From the NCBI RefSeq assembly GCF_964204645.1, contig NC_134033.1, positions 3,992,231 to 4,056,230 on the forward strand: a DNA stretch of 64,000 nucleotides, given 5' to 3'. Source of the stretch: Tubulanus polymorphus (lineage: Eukaryota > Animalia > Nemertea). The notes below the pieces were generated by a model. The model was not told the origin of the DNA and did no database searches. It saw only the letters and a program-made list of their open reading frames with translations. Positions 52,312 through 64,000 of the stretch are shown in pieces (position 1 is the stretch's first letter; every line of letters begins with the position of its first letter). Made by a program: the position numbers and the translations under genes.

Positions 52312-53683
52312 CTATGATGATATCAACTTAATTTATATTAGTTGATAATCAATTGCAAATAGTTCTAAGATTCGTGCTTGATTCCTGTGAAAATTCGAGT
52401 GACAATTCAATAATGGAAATGTGATTGCTAAATTGTGTTGGAAATTGATTTTTCTTTCAATTCGATTTTTGAAAGGATTTAAATTACTGCATAGAACTAT
52501 CATTTTAACGAGGACTGTTAAAGAATATCTGATATTATATCTACTTCATGCATTAGGTAGGATATTGAAGTGCACATATGTCCCTTACGTGAGGTTAGGT
52601 TGGGAAAAAGGGAGATCTATTAGCTTTTTATCAATTAGGTCTACTAAATCTAAATTCTAATATGCGAAGCTGCCGAGGGATGCTTTCGACAGTTCACATC
52701 TCGTGTATGAATTAGTATAGTTGACTCCCTGTCTCTGGGATCTCACGCGGGTATCCAACCTAAACTTGAACATTGATTCAATCTTCCAGTCAGAACTGAA
52801 ATATGAAATTGTTGTTTTTCAGATTAGCCATTCCTCACTCAGGACCTGATTGCTGCCAATGCCACAAGGCTGACTAAACCAATGCTGCAGAATCCAGGTT
52901 TTTCTAGATAATCCATGATGCTCCACACAGAAATTGGTGGTGAGTAGATTTGTAGGTTTTTATTACTGGATATAACAGATTACAATGTGCATGTATCGAG
53001 GCAAATTAAAGGTTATTATTGAGATCAATACTTTTTTCAGATATGCTCTACTTCCTCGGGACCTGATTGCTGTCAATGCGTGCTGGACTTAAACAACAAG
53101 ACCGGACAGATATTATTCCTGTTGCTTGGGTGTCACATCTCCCAATGAAATGATAACTGATCGAAAAAATTCATGAAGTTCCACTCACGAATCGGTAAGA
53201 GACATTTTAATTTCAATTCTAAATGTCAAACTTAAGTTACGTCGGATTCAAGCTGATTCAAGTCTCATTAAACTTCGATCGCTTTTTCAGAGACGACCTT
53301 CCTGTGCAGGATCTGATCGCTGCCAATGCGTGTTGACTAAACCGACAAATACAGTTTCCAGATTCCAGACCTTCCTCACTTCATCAGGACCTGTTTGCAT
53401 CAAGTGTGTGCCGACAAAAACAACCTGATCTGATAGAGGACTCATGTGAGCTGAATGATAAATCTCTTCGAGGAAAAGATAATCGAAAACTGCTCACATA
53501 AATCGGTGAGTAGAAATTTTAAATTTTTTCTCTATAGGAATCTGAGGTTAGGTAAGGTTTTATTTTAATTTTAACAGGAAAACGAACTCAACAAACGAAC
53601 TCAACCAAGTTTTAGGATTTCGAGGTTCAAATCCAATTTATAGATAGGCAAATATTATAAAGGGACTCTTGTCAAACTGTTGT

Positions 53684-56600
53684 TTATTTACTAGATGTCG
53701 TCAATCCTAGTCGTCGTTTATTGCGTTCACGAATAGATTTCATATCGATATTTAGTATTGTATAAAGAAGCGGATTCAGAGACGAGTTGATCGGTAAAAA
53801 TAGAACGGCCAGCCAAGCGGCCACCTGGTTCGGTATCTCGACCGAAAATACGGCGCAAAACTGAACGATTATTATCGGTAGCCAGCAAAATAGATTACAA
53901 AGATTGATTACTAAACTCCTTCGAGCTAAAACCAGTTCGGTAGGATCGGCTCTACCCGAACCCGACCTACTCCCAGATACGAGTCTATACATCTGAGCGT
54001 ACGTCGTCATTATCGTAGCCAATATGGTCGCATTAAACAAGGCAAAAATAGCGAATGAATAGTGCCAGCCATCGACGTCGATCGTCAGTAAATTCATAGG
54101 CAAACAAACTCCGGTTGTACCATAAAAATTGTCTCCGAAGTAAGACGACGATGACAGCGGTAGAATAGAAACTGTGATTATAACGAGCCAACACGTGCAG
54201 CAAATACCGATAACGTGTTTCGGAGTTATAATCGGACTTCTAGAAAACGGGTTGACGATATTTGAATATCTCTGACGCGTTAGAATTAAGAGAAAAGTTA
54301 AGGAACCTTCGCACGAAACGGTGACAATAACCCCGGCAGGACGACATAATGAGCTATCCGTCCAGGTTTCAGAATTCAGATAATATACGCCTTTGAACAC
54401 GTGGTCAGCTCCCGCGATCAAAAACAAATAGACCGACATCAGAAAATCACAACCGGCAATATTTATGATGAGGATATCTGAAGATGTGTTACGTGTTCCG
54501 GAGGATTCCATCCGCAAAGCTTGAACGCGAAATAAAATAACGATACTGTTAGCGAGAAAACTGAAAGATGCGATCATCCAGATGATGGCTCTCAGTACAG
54601 CGTTACCCATCAGGTCAGAACAGGTTGAAAATTGATCAGCTTCGGGGAGACATCGGTCAACATTCGGTGCCATGCAGCAAAATTTGTAAGCATCCGAAGC
54701 GAGGTATTTCAATGATGTAAGATCGCCAAGAACGTTTCTTTTTACAAATATTACTTCGGCATTTTTGATAAGATCTAGAATTTCAAGTCCAACCAATCCA
54801 GAAAAAGCAAATGTCGAAATATAATGTATTTTGTTACCGCTGATATTTAACGACTGTAATGCGGATAAACCTTTAAATACATTTTCACCGAGAACCGATA
54901 TAGAAAGTGCGTGAAGATCGAGAACAGTAAGTGACATCAGACCTCGGAAACTACCGTCTTCTAAATGTTGCAGCGGATTTCCGATAAGAAATAGTTGTTT
55001 TAAACCGATCAACCCTGCGAATGTATTAGCAGATAATGATGTTATGCGGTTGTGTGTAAGGTCTAATGTGTATAGATTGTTTAGATTAGAAAACGCGTTT
55101 GGAACGATGTAAGACAAATTATTGCCCGAAATATCGAGAAAACGAAGATAAATGAAAGAGTTGAACGTCGACTCGTTAAATACGACTCGGTTATTCGACA
55201 AAATCAAAACCCGAGTTGATTCTATAAAACGACCAGTAATATCTGATAAAAGAGCATTTTCACAATCGATGAAATGGCCCCGGCAATTACAACGCTCAGG
55301 ACACGTGACCTTACAGAATGACTCGTCATCCGAGTTATGTTTACAATTTACGACTCCGTCGCAAACTTCAGATTGCGGAATACATCGGTTTTCCTGGCCA
55401 CATTTAAACATTCCCGGACACGACCAAGTCTCGCAGTTTCGTTCATCTTCTGAATTAGGACAATCGGATCGACCGTCACAAACGTGTCTGATCGGTATAC
55501 AGTAAGATGCCGGACATTTTACAGTACCAGCCGCGCATTCGAAGTCATTACACGCGAGTATATGTTCAAGATTTCTACATACCGGGAAACCAATCGGCAT
55601 CCTTTCTAAAATACACCTTTCGTGTCGGGAATAACAGCGAGGAGAATTGAACGAACATCTTTGTTCATCCGATTCCTTACACAGATCTGTGAAACGAGTC
55701 GTACAGTGAGTGTCATTATTACAGTAAACCTCGGGATTCACTGTCATATTAGTGACCAATTCGTCTTCTTCGAGACTTCCGCTACAATCCACGACACCAT
55801 CCCGATACAACTGAGAACTAATACATTCACCGTCCGCGCACGAGAACCCCTGACAAAGTTCGAAAGTACATCCGATCTCATCGGAACCGTCTTTACAGTT
55901 GGCTAGTCCGTCACATCGTTTATAACTATCGATACATTGGTGATTGGAACAGCGATATTGCGTAGATAAACACGGTGGATGATAGCACGAGTTCTCATCC
56001 GAGCCATCGACGCAATCTCTCATAAAGTCACAGAAACCGCTAATCGATATAACCTGTCGATCGTTACAGCGGAACTGACTGTGTAAATTGATATCCCTAC
56101 AATCGACTTCATCTTCACCGTGTTGACAGTCGTGTCTGGTATCACATAAGCGATGGTCGCTGATACATCTTTGATCGTTACATTCAAACTGCCACGATTT
56201 ACAACCGCTTATAGAAGCTAACTCTTCAGCAGTTACATTATAGGTACACAACACGGAATGCACTTTATCTTTTGTATCATTGAAGGCAGTCACTGACCAT
56301 TTCACTGATTGAATATAAGTAATTTCATCTCTGGTCACCAGTGGTTTGATAACTTTAAACCCGTCGTGGTCCATTGTCAGTATAGCGCCATATTGATGTC
56401 GATATTGAAATTCGCTGACCAAGTTTTTCACGTCACTTTCTGTATTTGAGGTGATTTTTACTATTTCGGCGCGGAAACTGTGACACATTTCTCTAGCACT
56501 CCGAATATTCAAACCTCGATTGTTTTTCCAGTCGGTTAGTATTTGAAAACATTGTCCAGAATTAGTTACCCAACCCCTTGGACAGGTTGAATTAATTAAA

Positions 56601-59600
56601 GTAATATCGGGAATTATTTGATCTTTGGTTTTATTTAAGTCTGTATTTGTTGAATTGTTCGCGTCGTTAATCGTTGAATTGTGTTCGTTTTTGATGTTGA
56701 TTCTCTCGGATTCACAAATGAATGTTGTGTGCGTCTCCTCGATTTGACACGGGAATCGAACCCAGTTCGCCGATCCTCGTGGATTATTCAGTATCATCAC
56801 CGTACACGGCATATTGACGTCATTTATCGGTTGTTTTCTTAGCGGAGATATCAATCCTCGAATAACTTCTGGTATCGTTTCATTAATAACAGGTTTATAC
56901 CACTCTGTGTAGCTCAATGGTTTACCGTCAGTCCACGTGTAATAACCATCATTCTGTTTCGTGAAGAAAATGAAATATATCACTTCTTTAAAAATCTTTC
57001 GATTTTAATTCATATTAGAATGCATTAGTCTTACCTTCCATTTTAATCCAATCATCATTATGAGCGCTTTTAATGTATAAGCCGTTCGGAGAAGTTCTGT
57101 AGCGAATAATCTTTTGATTGAAATCATTTCCTGTTCTGAGTTGATACTGAGTAGATGTCCCGCGTACTTCTGTCTACAGTATATTTCAGCGTTCTCCCAA
57201 TTCAGACGTTCATCTCTGATGAATCTGATGCAGGAAATTCCGGAATCCAGAAATCCTTGTTTACAGTAGAAATCATCGAAATGTTTAATCGGTAACGACT
57301 GGTGTAAAGTGTATTGTATTTGAAATGTCGGAATGAAATTGTTTACTTCAAAACGCAAAGTATTATCTGTTAAACTATAAAATATAAGTCCACGAACCGC
57401 GTTGTTATCACATATTTTAGTATCATATTGAGAGTCAATAGTTTTGAAATATTCACCATTATGAAAAGGTTTATAATTCATTAGTTGTATTAGAATAATC
57501 GGATCATTCGCTTTATTGTTGTATTTTTCACATGAAACTGGTCCAATAGATTTGACAATAAATCTGTAATATTGAAATATATTTTGTTGTATCGGGTTTT
57601 CAAATCTATATGAAATAGATTTTGATGTACGTCCTGCCCGACCTGGATAGTTCGGTGACTGCACGAGTCCACATTTATCTTTAGTAGTAACTGGGAGACG
57701 GGAACCGGCAAGTCCCAAACTATCCGCTTTTTTAACTCCTAGACATTTACGACGTAGTTTAACTATAAGTGGTCGCTGCCAAAATCCAACCGCATAAACT
57801 GTGAAATCTACAGTGTTTAATACAAGACTGTTATTAAGAAACTGATTACTCAAACTCAGAAACTGGTCACATGACAATGACATCTTGAGAAAACATCGGT
57901 CAATTTGATATTCGTGTTCTGATAATATGTGAATATTTTTCAAGCGAAGGCGTCGATTTTCAGGTGTAATCACGAGACAGTGTGACGTCATATTGATCTG
58001 ACGTTCTTCTTCCTGTAGAACATAACCATCACAATCAGTAGGAGCAAATCTAAGATATGAGCTACCAACTGTTAACTGATTGTTATAGTAATAAGCGTAT
58101 GCTACTACAGTAACCGGTCCACCTGATGTAATCAGGCTGACGACAGATCGACCGTAGTATGAACCAGGACAATACGGACCATAGCGTCTAGCTGTGAAAT
58201 TACTACCATCAAATATATAAAAACCAGCTCGATCACAGTTTTCTGATAGCACTGTTAGTTTCAACTGTTGTGATTCATAGATGTTCACTTTCCAGTTTAG
58301 TTGTAATTTAGTTACACGATACAATGTATTCTTTGATCTCGGGAACAAATCATTAGCTGATATTGAGTTTGTGAGTGAATACTGAAATATAAGATAATTG
58401 ATTACAGCATTGAATGTTTACAATACGACAATTTCAAACCACTCACAGCCTGAAAATATCGATAATAGTTGTAATCCAAAATAAATTGGAATTCTTCCAC
58501 AAATCAGCATAATTACTCCGCGTAAACAGCATGTGTTTTCGGTCACACATAACGTTGTTATTCCAAGTTTCTCGGTAAAGTTTCACTGGTCAAGATTGCC
58601 ATCAAAATCATAGATTATTACAATGATTCCATTACACGAACCTAATTTACAAATCACTGTTATAAACTTACCGATATCCTTGGCTTGTTGACGTAGACGT
58701 CTGATATTGTCATTGATTTCACTTCAAATTCTATTTTCAAATTCAAACTTGAAAAATCCGATGTCGTTAAAACGCACAGAATCACGAGAAATCCGTCTGA
58801 TTTTACACTCAGAGATTCAAGATGGTTAAAACTGAGTAAAATATCAGTTTTCACAATACGTAACCCTTCCTGTTTATATACACCAGCGACACCTGGTGAC
58901 GTGACGAGATCACGTGTCCAGTTGAAGACGACGTACTGCAGAACATCGACTGTGATAGACCAGCAGTATAAGTGTTTAGACTGAGTTACTATATGTGGTA
59001 TTCCATCAATTGTAGTGAGCAGTCCTGATTTATTATATACTTGAATTAACGGGTTAGAGATGTTCCAATCTGATATTTTGTAAACTTGCACGAGTAACTG
59101 TGACGTAAACGACACAACTTGAATGACACTTTTAAATTCTACACACGCTTTATTAGTTTTAGTATAAAACGATGAAGGCGGATGTCCGGTTTGTTCTCGT
59201 ATAAGAGCTATAGGTTCACTGGTGCTGTTCCATCCGTCGTGAATTTGAGGACGATTTTTCATCGGATCCTCACCTGGTCTTAATCTGAAATCTATCTGTA
59301 TAAACGTTAAATTCATTGCAAACTCGTCTGGCATCCCGATCCATTCTAACAACAATTTACATCGGAGGGTAGAAATCATGAATTTATGACTTGTTTGAGT
59401 TGGCAATTCTTTTACTGCACGTTTTGAGCATTTATGTATGATTTTCAAGCGACTCTTTTCTTCAAAACGATATATGATATAAACCCGACTACCTCGCGCT
59501 CCATCGACGTTACTCCTAAACAACAACGAAATCGAGCCGTTACTGCGGATATCTAGTTGTTTTCTTCCGGTAGCGCAGAGTTTGTTGTCGGACTCACCGA

Positions 59601-59904
59601 CGAGAAGGTAGTTTTCGTTACAGAATATCGACGGCTCGATGTCGTAGTAAACTTGAACGAGAAAACTTCCCGGTAAAGAGCTGTTGACGAACCAATGACA
59701 TTCGACACCGCGCACTAACGACGGATAGTTCGGTGAAACGATGTAACCGGACGTAGAATCGACGGAGTATTGAGTGTTGTTACAAGATGAACTGACTGTA
59801 ACAGACGCGGCTTCCTCGACAGAGTTTGCGCGATCAGCCCGCGTAAATATACAGTCTCCGCAAGCGATCAGTAAAACTACGAACAACGCTTTCATTCGCT
59901 GCAT
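53684..59904 (-). CDS. GRL101/RXFP-like CUB-CTL-LDLa-LRR GPCR, copy 6 (~1949 aa)
   Basis: Exons 59904-58672, 58381-57035 and 56953-53684; introns of 290 and 81 nt; frame open throughout. Confidence 0.92.
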
Positions 59905-61080
59905 ATTGAACACAATTCACGCTTCAAAACAAACACATTTCTAACTATTTCCAAGTTTGCGCGACATTTCTCATAAGAGTCGTTGCAAAGTAATGACAAG
60001 TTGTCAGAATGTCAGAAGTTGACGAATTGATCGAGTCCAATTATTTTGTAAAATGATCTCCCATCAAACTGGCGCCAGTCTCGTATTTCTGTTACTTTCA
60101 TCTGTTCTCGGTTTCGCTGTAATTACCGCGGTTTCTAAATTTAGACGTGTTTCAATATATCGTGTTTATAATCATGTGCAATTATTTCTCTAAAAATATT
60201 TACTGTCGCTCCCGAACTGCGTTCAGTTTGTGATAATATTCGATGACATTTTCTATCTTTACCTCGAAATATTCTGCGTCTCTGTAAAACACTTCGTCAA
60301 TATCTGTTTCGACAATTCACACTCTACAGTCAATATAATAACTGAGTTGAAGCTAAGTGAAGCGCGTGGATATCTGATTGTGGTGAGTAAGGTCTTGTTT
60401 GGTACAGATTGTTTCGAAGAAACAATAGCAACCAAGTAAGACGGGGATCACAGCGGTAGATCCGGAATCTACACCTCGGAAAACATCTTCCTACCAAGTT
60501 TAGAAGGAATCATAGAAAAAATTTTTTTCGCCGAAAAAAAACTCCTGGACCTTTGATTTTTGCCGTTTTTAGCCAAAAAATCGAATCTGTTCGATTTGCT
60601 TAAAATTTAAGTCCTAAATATTTTCGGGGGTGTTGATTCCAAATCTGCAATCAGATTTCAAATATCTCAAAAACCCTGGGGTCCAGGACCTTTTTAAAAA
60701 TTTAAGGGGTACCCCTAAGAATTCGAATTTCTCATTTTTGAGGCCTCGGATCCTAAGAATTCTTTCAGATTTGTGATCAGCACCCCAGAATACATGTCTA
60801 TACTAAATTTCTCCGAAATTGGAGACAAAAAAAAAATTTGACCCCTAACCCTCGTTTTGGGGGGTACCTTAGATTGCCATTTCTATGATACACCAGTAAC
60901 TAGACTTAACTCTAACATAACTCAAATTTATTAAGTTTCATGTATATTTTTAGGATGTTTGTCATCAATATGGCGGAACTATTGACGGTTGTTATGGTGG
61001 TGACGATTCCCCCTTTACCTACAATCAGTAGAGAATTGATTTGAACATTATACAGACATTGATGCAGTGGAGCAGATGGA

Positions 61081-61309
61081 CCAAGATAAACCAGTACGAA
61101 CCCCAATAAACCAGGATGAACCAGGACGAACCCAGATAAACCAGGACGAACCCAGATAAACCAGGATGAACCAGGACGAACCCCGATAAACCAGGATGAA
61201 CCAGGACGAACCCAGATAAACCAGGACGAACCCAGATAAACCAGGATGAACCAGGACGAACCCCGATAAACCAAGATGAACTAGGACGAACCCAGATAAA
61301 CCAAGATGA
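61081..61309. repeat. 10-bp minisatellite, ~23 units
   Basis: Expanded paralog of 18590-18670. Confidence 0.9.
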
Positions 61310-61540
61310 GTTGTGACTTGGAAGAAATGCTAGAAATTGATGTCTCATTTTAATAGTTATCAATAGGTACGTAGGCAATCGAGGCTGGAGACATGCTAGT
61401 ACATAGGAATAGGGATTTCTATTCTTAAGCCTAGTTACTGTGTGAAACTCCCTGGCCCTGCTCCCTCTCTCTATCAATCCCTAGCCTAGCATCTAGAATG
61501 ATGTTACATTGTTTACAATGTTATTACATGTATATTGTAG

Positions 61541-62068
61541 ATAACAATGATCTGTACGTGTGGGGTAGAAATAAACATGGCTCCTTAGGTTTAGGAAACA
61601 TGGACGATCAATTCTTTCCGTTTAAGGTAAGTCTCAATTTCTCTAGATTTAAAACACTCCTAAAGCATCTCTCACTCAAAATTTATACTTGCTAAGCAAA
61701 AATCTGAGTTGAGGATCAGAAAATTCCATTAGAAAGTCAGAAAATGATTTCATTTCCGTCTGAATTCGACAAAAGTCCAGGAGTTTTTAGACATTTCCGA
61801 GTTAGATTGCTAGGTTTTAATTCTCGACCACAGAACTTGAATCATCAGTCAATGGGATATCACTGGTATCACATTGATTCAAGTTAGTAACAGACTCTAC
61901 TGTACTGTAATAACATAACGCACCAGAAACAACATGTGTGATACTGATGCATCATAAATCCGATATCTGATATTGTAAATATGATTTCAGTTTTCGATTC
62001 CTGGGTTAGTTCAGTCAGTTCATTGCGGAGTTGATCACATGTTCGCTTTATGCAAGACTTTTATTTGA
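61541..62068 (+). pseudogene. RCC1L: RCC1L/WBSCR16 last two exons, orphan duplicated fragment (frame open)
   Basis: Exons 61541-61626 and 61991-62068 give NNDLYVWGRNKHGSLGLGNMDDQFFPFK|FSIPGLVQSVHCGVDHMFALCKTFI*. Upstream lies the GPCR promoter region rather than earlier RCC1L exons. Confidence 0.8.
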
Positions 62069-62681
62069 TATTTAACTCTGATGCACATTTTTCACTGAAA
62101 TAAAAAAATTACACACATGATTATTCACTAATTTTGTGGTGGTTGTAACTGATTTTCTGTTCTAGTTTAAGTGGAATCTCGTTGATATGAATCTTGTGGG
62201 ATGCAATTGTTGAATCAAACTGGTTTCGTCTTTACACAGATTTGTCGTATTAACGATGTTCAACTGAAGTTTTTCCAGTTGTTTGCACCAATTTGTGGTT
62301 GGGAGAGTTTGATTTTAACCCTGACCAAGAAGGGTCGACCTTAATAGGAGGTTTAATGGTTCACGTGCTGCAACTTTGATGATAGCGTTGGATGAATGCA
62401 CTTTTTTGGAGAATAAAATTTAATTTGCTTTAGATTCTGTCTGTGGCATGTGAGTCTACCTCTTTACCGCTTTATGCAATTAGATTCCGTTGACAGAAGA
62501 GTTCTATCAAAAATGGCTTGAAAATCGTTTTAAAAAGAAGATCCCCTTTCCAAAAGCTTAAAAATTATTTGAATTATTCATAGAAAACGGAATCGTGGTG
62601 AATAATGAACGAAATTCGGCTAAAAAAATATCTGTATTACTTGCATGCCACAGTAAGATTGCGAGGCTGGGTTAGATATCA

Positions 62682-63299
62682 ACCGTACAGTGCTGCCCCT
62701 ATGAATAACGACAGCGGAATTTCTGTGAACTAAAATAGCGCCGCCGGAATATGAATTTCCCAAATTACGTACAATACGGACCAGTGTGGCGCCTAATTCT
62801 GATTAAATATGATACTATGAATACTTTATAACTTTTTAATGAAATTTTCTTATTTTTTAGGGAACGATATTCAATTTTGATAGCTAAAATTCACTTTCTT
62901 ATCAATTAATTAGTATTTATATTCAGAATAAGTTATTCAGTTATATTTTTGAATGATAATTTATCATCTGAATTGACAAAATTTCCATATTTTTTCTTCG
63001 ATATATTTTAATTGCGCGCAAATAATCAGGGAACATTCAAACACCTGTCGCTCTCTGCCAGACGATACTAAAAATATCCCGATTCAAATTTACTCTTTTA
63101 AGGTTAATTCTCTTATAGAATAATTGTTTGGTTCAAACGTTTCAGAGCAGTTGTAAGATTTGGAGAATCCCTCGGAATCCGGCCCGCAAATCGGTAATTA
63201 GTTCGTCCACTACGGCCGTCCGAAGACTCTGGCAAGCGAGTATTAAGTTAGTTCACGTTTTCCCCGCTATCGTTATATGTAGGGGCAGCACTAGACGGT
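62682..63299. mobile_element. MITE (~600 bp), duplicate of 20134-20750
   Basis: Same TIRs, within the segmental duplication. Confidence 0.65.
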
Positions 63300-64000
63300 C
63301 GATATGGAAATCGTGCACTGTGGAGCGCGCTCAATTCAATCTCTAATTCTTTATTTACAATGAAACTAAGTCTTTCAATTGATAAAGACTTTAAAGCCAC
63401 AATGATTCCCAACGTACGAGCTTTGATATTGGTTTAAAAGATAAGAATTCATGAGATTTCGTGCCCTCACAGACACACGGACTTTACAGACACGTCCACC
63501 ACAACAGGGACCTGGAGTCAGTGTTTAACGGTAACCTTGCTGTGGCCGTGGTCACTTTCACTTGGCCGTTTAAAGTAAGACATACGTAAGAATAAGAATT
63601 CACAAGATTTCATGTCCTCAGGGACACACAGGGGGACCTCACAGACACAGGGACCTCGGCACTCAGTGTCAATAACCACTTTCACTAGCCAGGCGGCGCC
63701 GCATGCACGACATGGTGCAGGTGATAGTTTCACAAATCTTGATGAGCTGTTGTTACAATTCCTGTTAATTCCTCCTCTTTTCCACATGTTCAGCAGGTTA
63801 CCATCACCAGCTGACTCAACCAGTTTCACCATCTTACTCCCACAGTGGCCGAGTATATCAGTTATGTAAAAACAATCTGTTAATCCAGTAAAGTTGTGAA
63901 AACTTTTGCATAAGCCTTTACTAGTATGTCTGAGAGTTTGAGTTTGAGTTTGTTAATGTGTTTCTCTAGAGACTGTTTCAATTTCATATTTCAGGTTTTC

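Larger units (their letters stand above)
59914..64000. repeat. Segmental duplication of ~17424-21450 (GPCR upstream region, repeat, VNTR, RCC1L exons, MITE)
   Basis: Colinear near-identity along the whole block with a few indels. Confidence 0.9.

Overview
AT-rich, intron-containing animal (invertebrate) genomic DNA; no prokaryotic features. The window is dominated by a minus-strand tandem array of very large (~1,930-1,950 aa) three-exon GRL101/RXFP-like class A GPCR genes. Their architecture is signal peptide - several CUB/CUB-like domains - 2 C-type-lectin-like domains - ~7 LDLa - LRRs - 7TM. Three copies look intact (11235-17414, 41808-48058, 53684-59904). One has a single nonsense codon just before the 7TM (964-7229), and two are truncated at LTR sequences (37959-38850, ~50953-51184). 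The ORF-track 'genes' of ~415, ~450 and ~1080 aa are exons 1-3 of one gene, joined by phase-0 GT-AG introns. Paralogs are nearly identical except for short hypervariable, indel-rich loops in the CUB region, and they are mosaic. Three spliced exons at 31851-33319, only partly visible in the ORF track, encode an expansin-like (EXLX1/CBM63-type) protein, a candidate horizontally acquired gene. Also present: duplicated 3' exons of RCC1L, a non-autonomous LTR element with PBS/PPT, a probable solo LTR, a Penelope-type hammerhead ribozyme relic, tRNA-derived SINEs, MITEs, minisatellites and a repeated multi-exon non-coding unit. All homology calls come from reading the sequence by eye, not from database searches.
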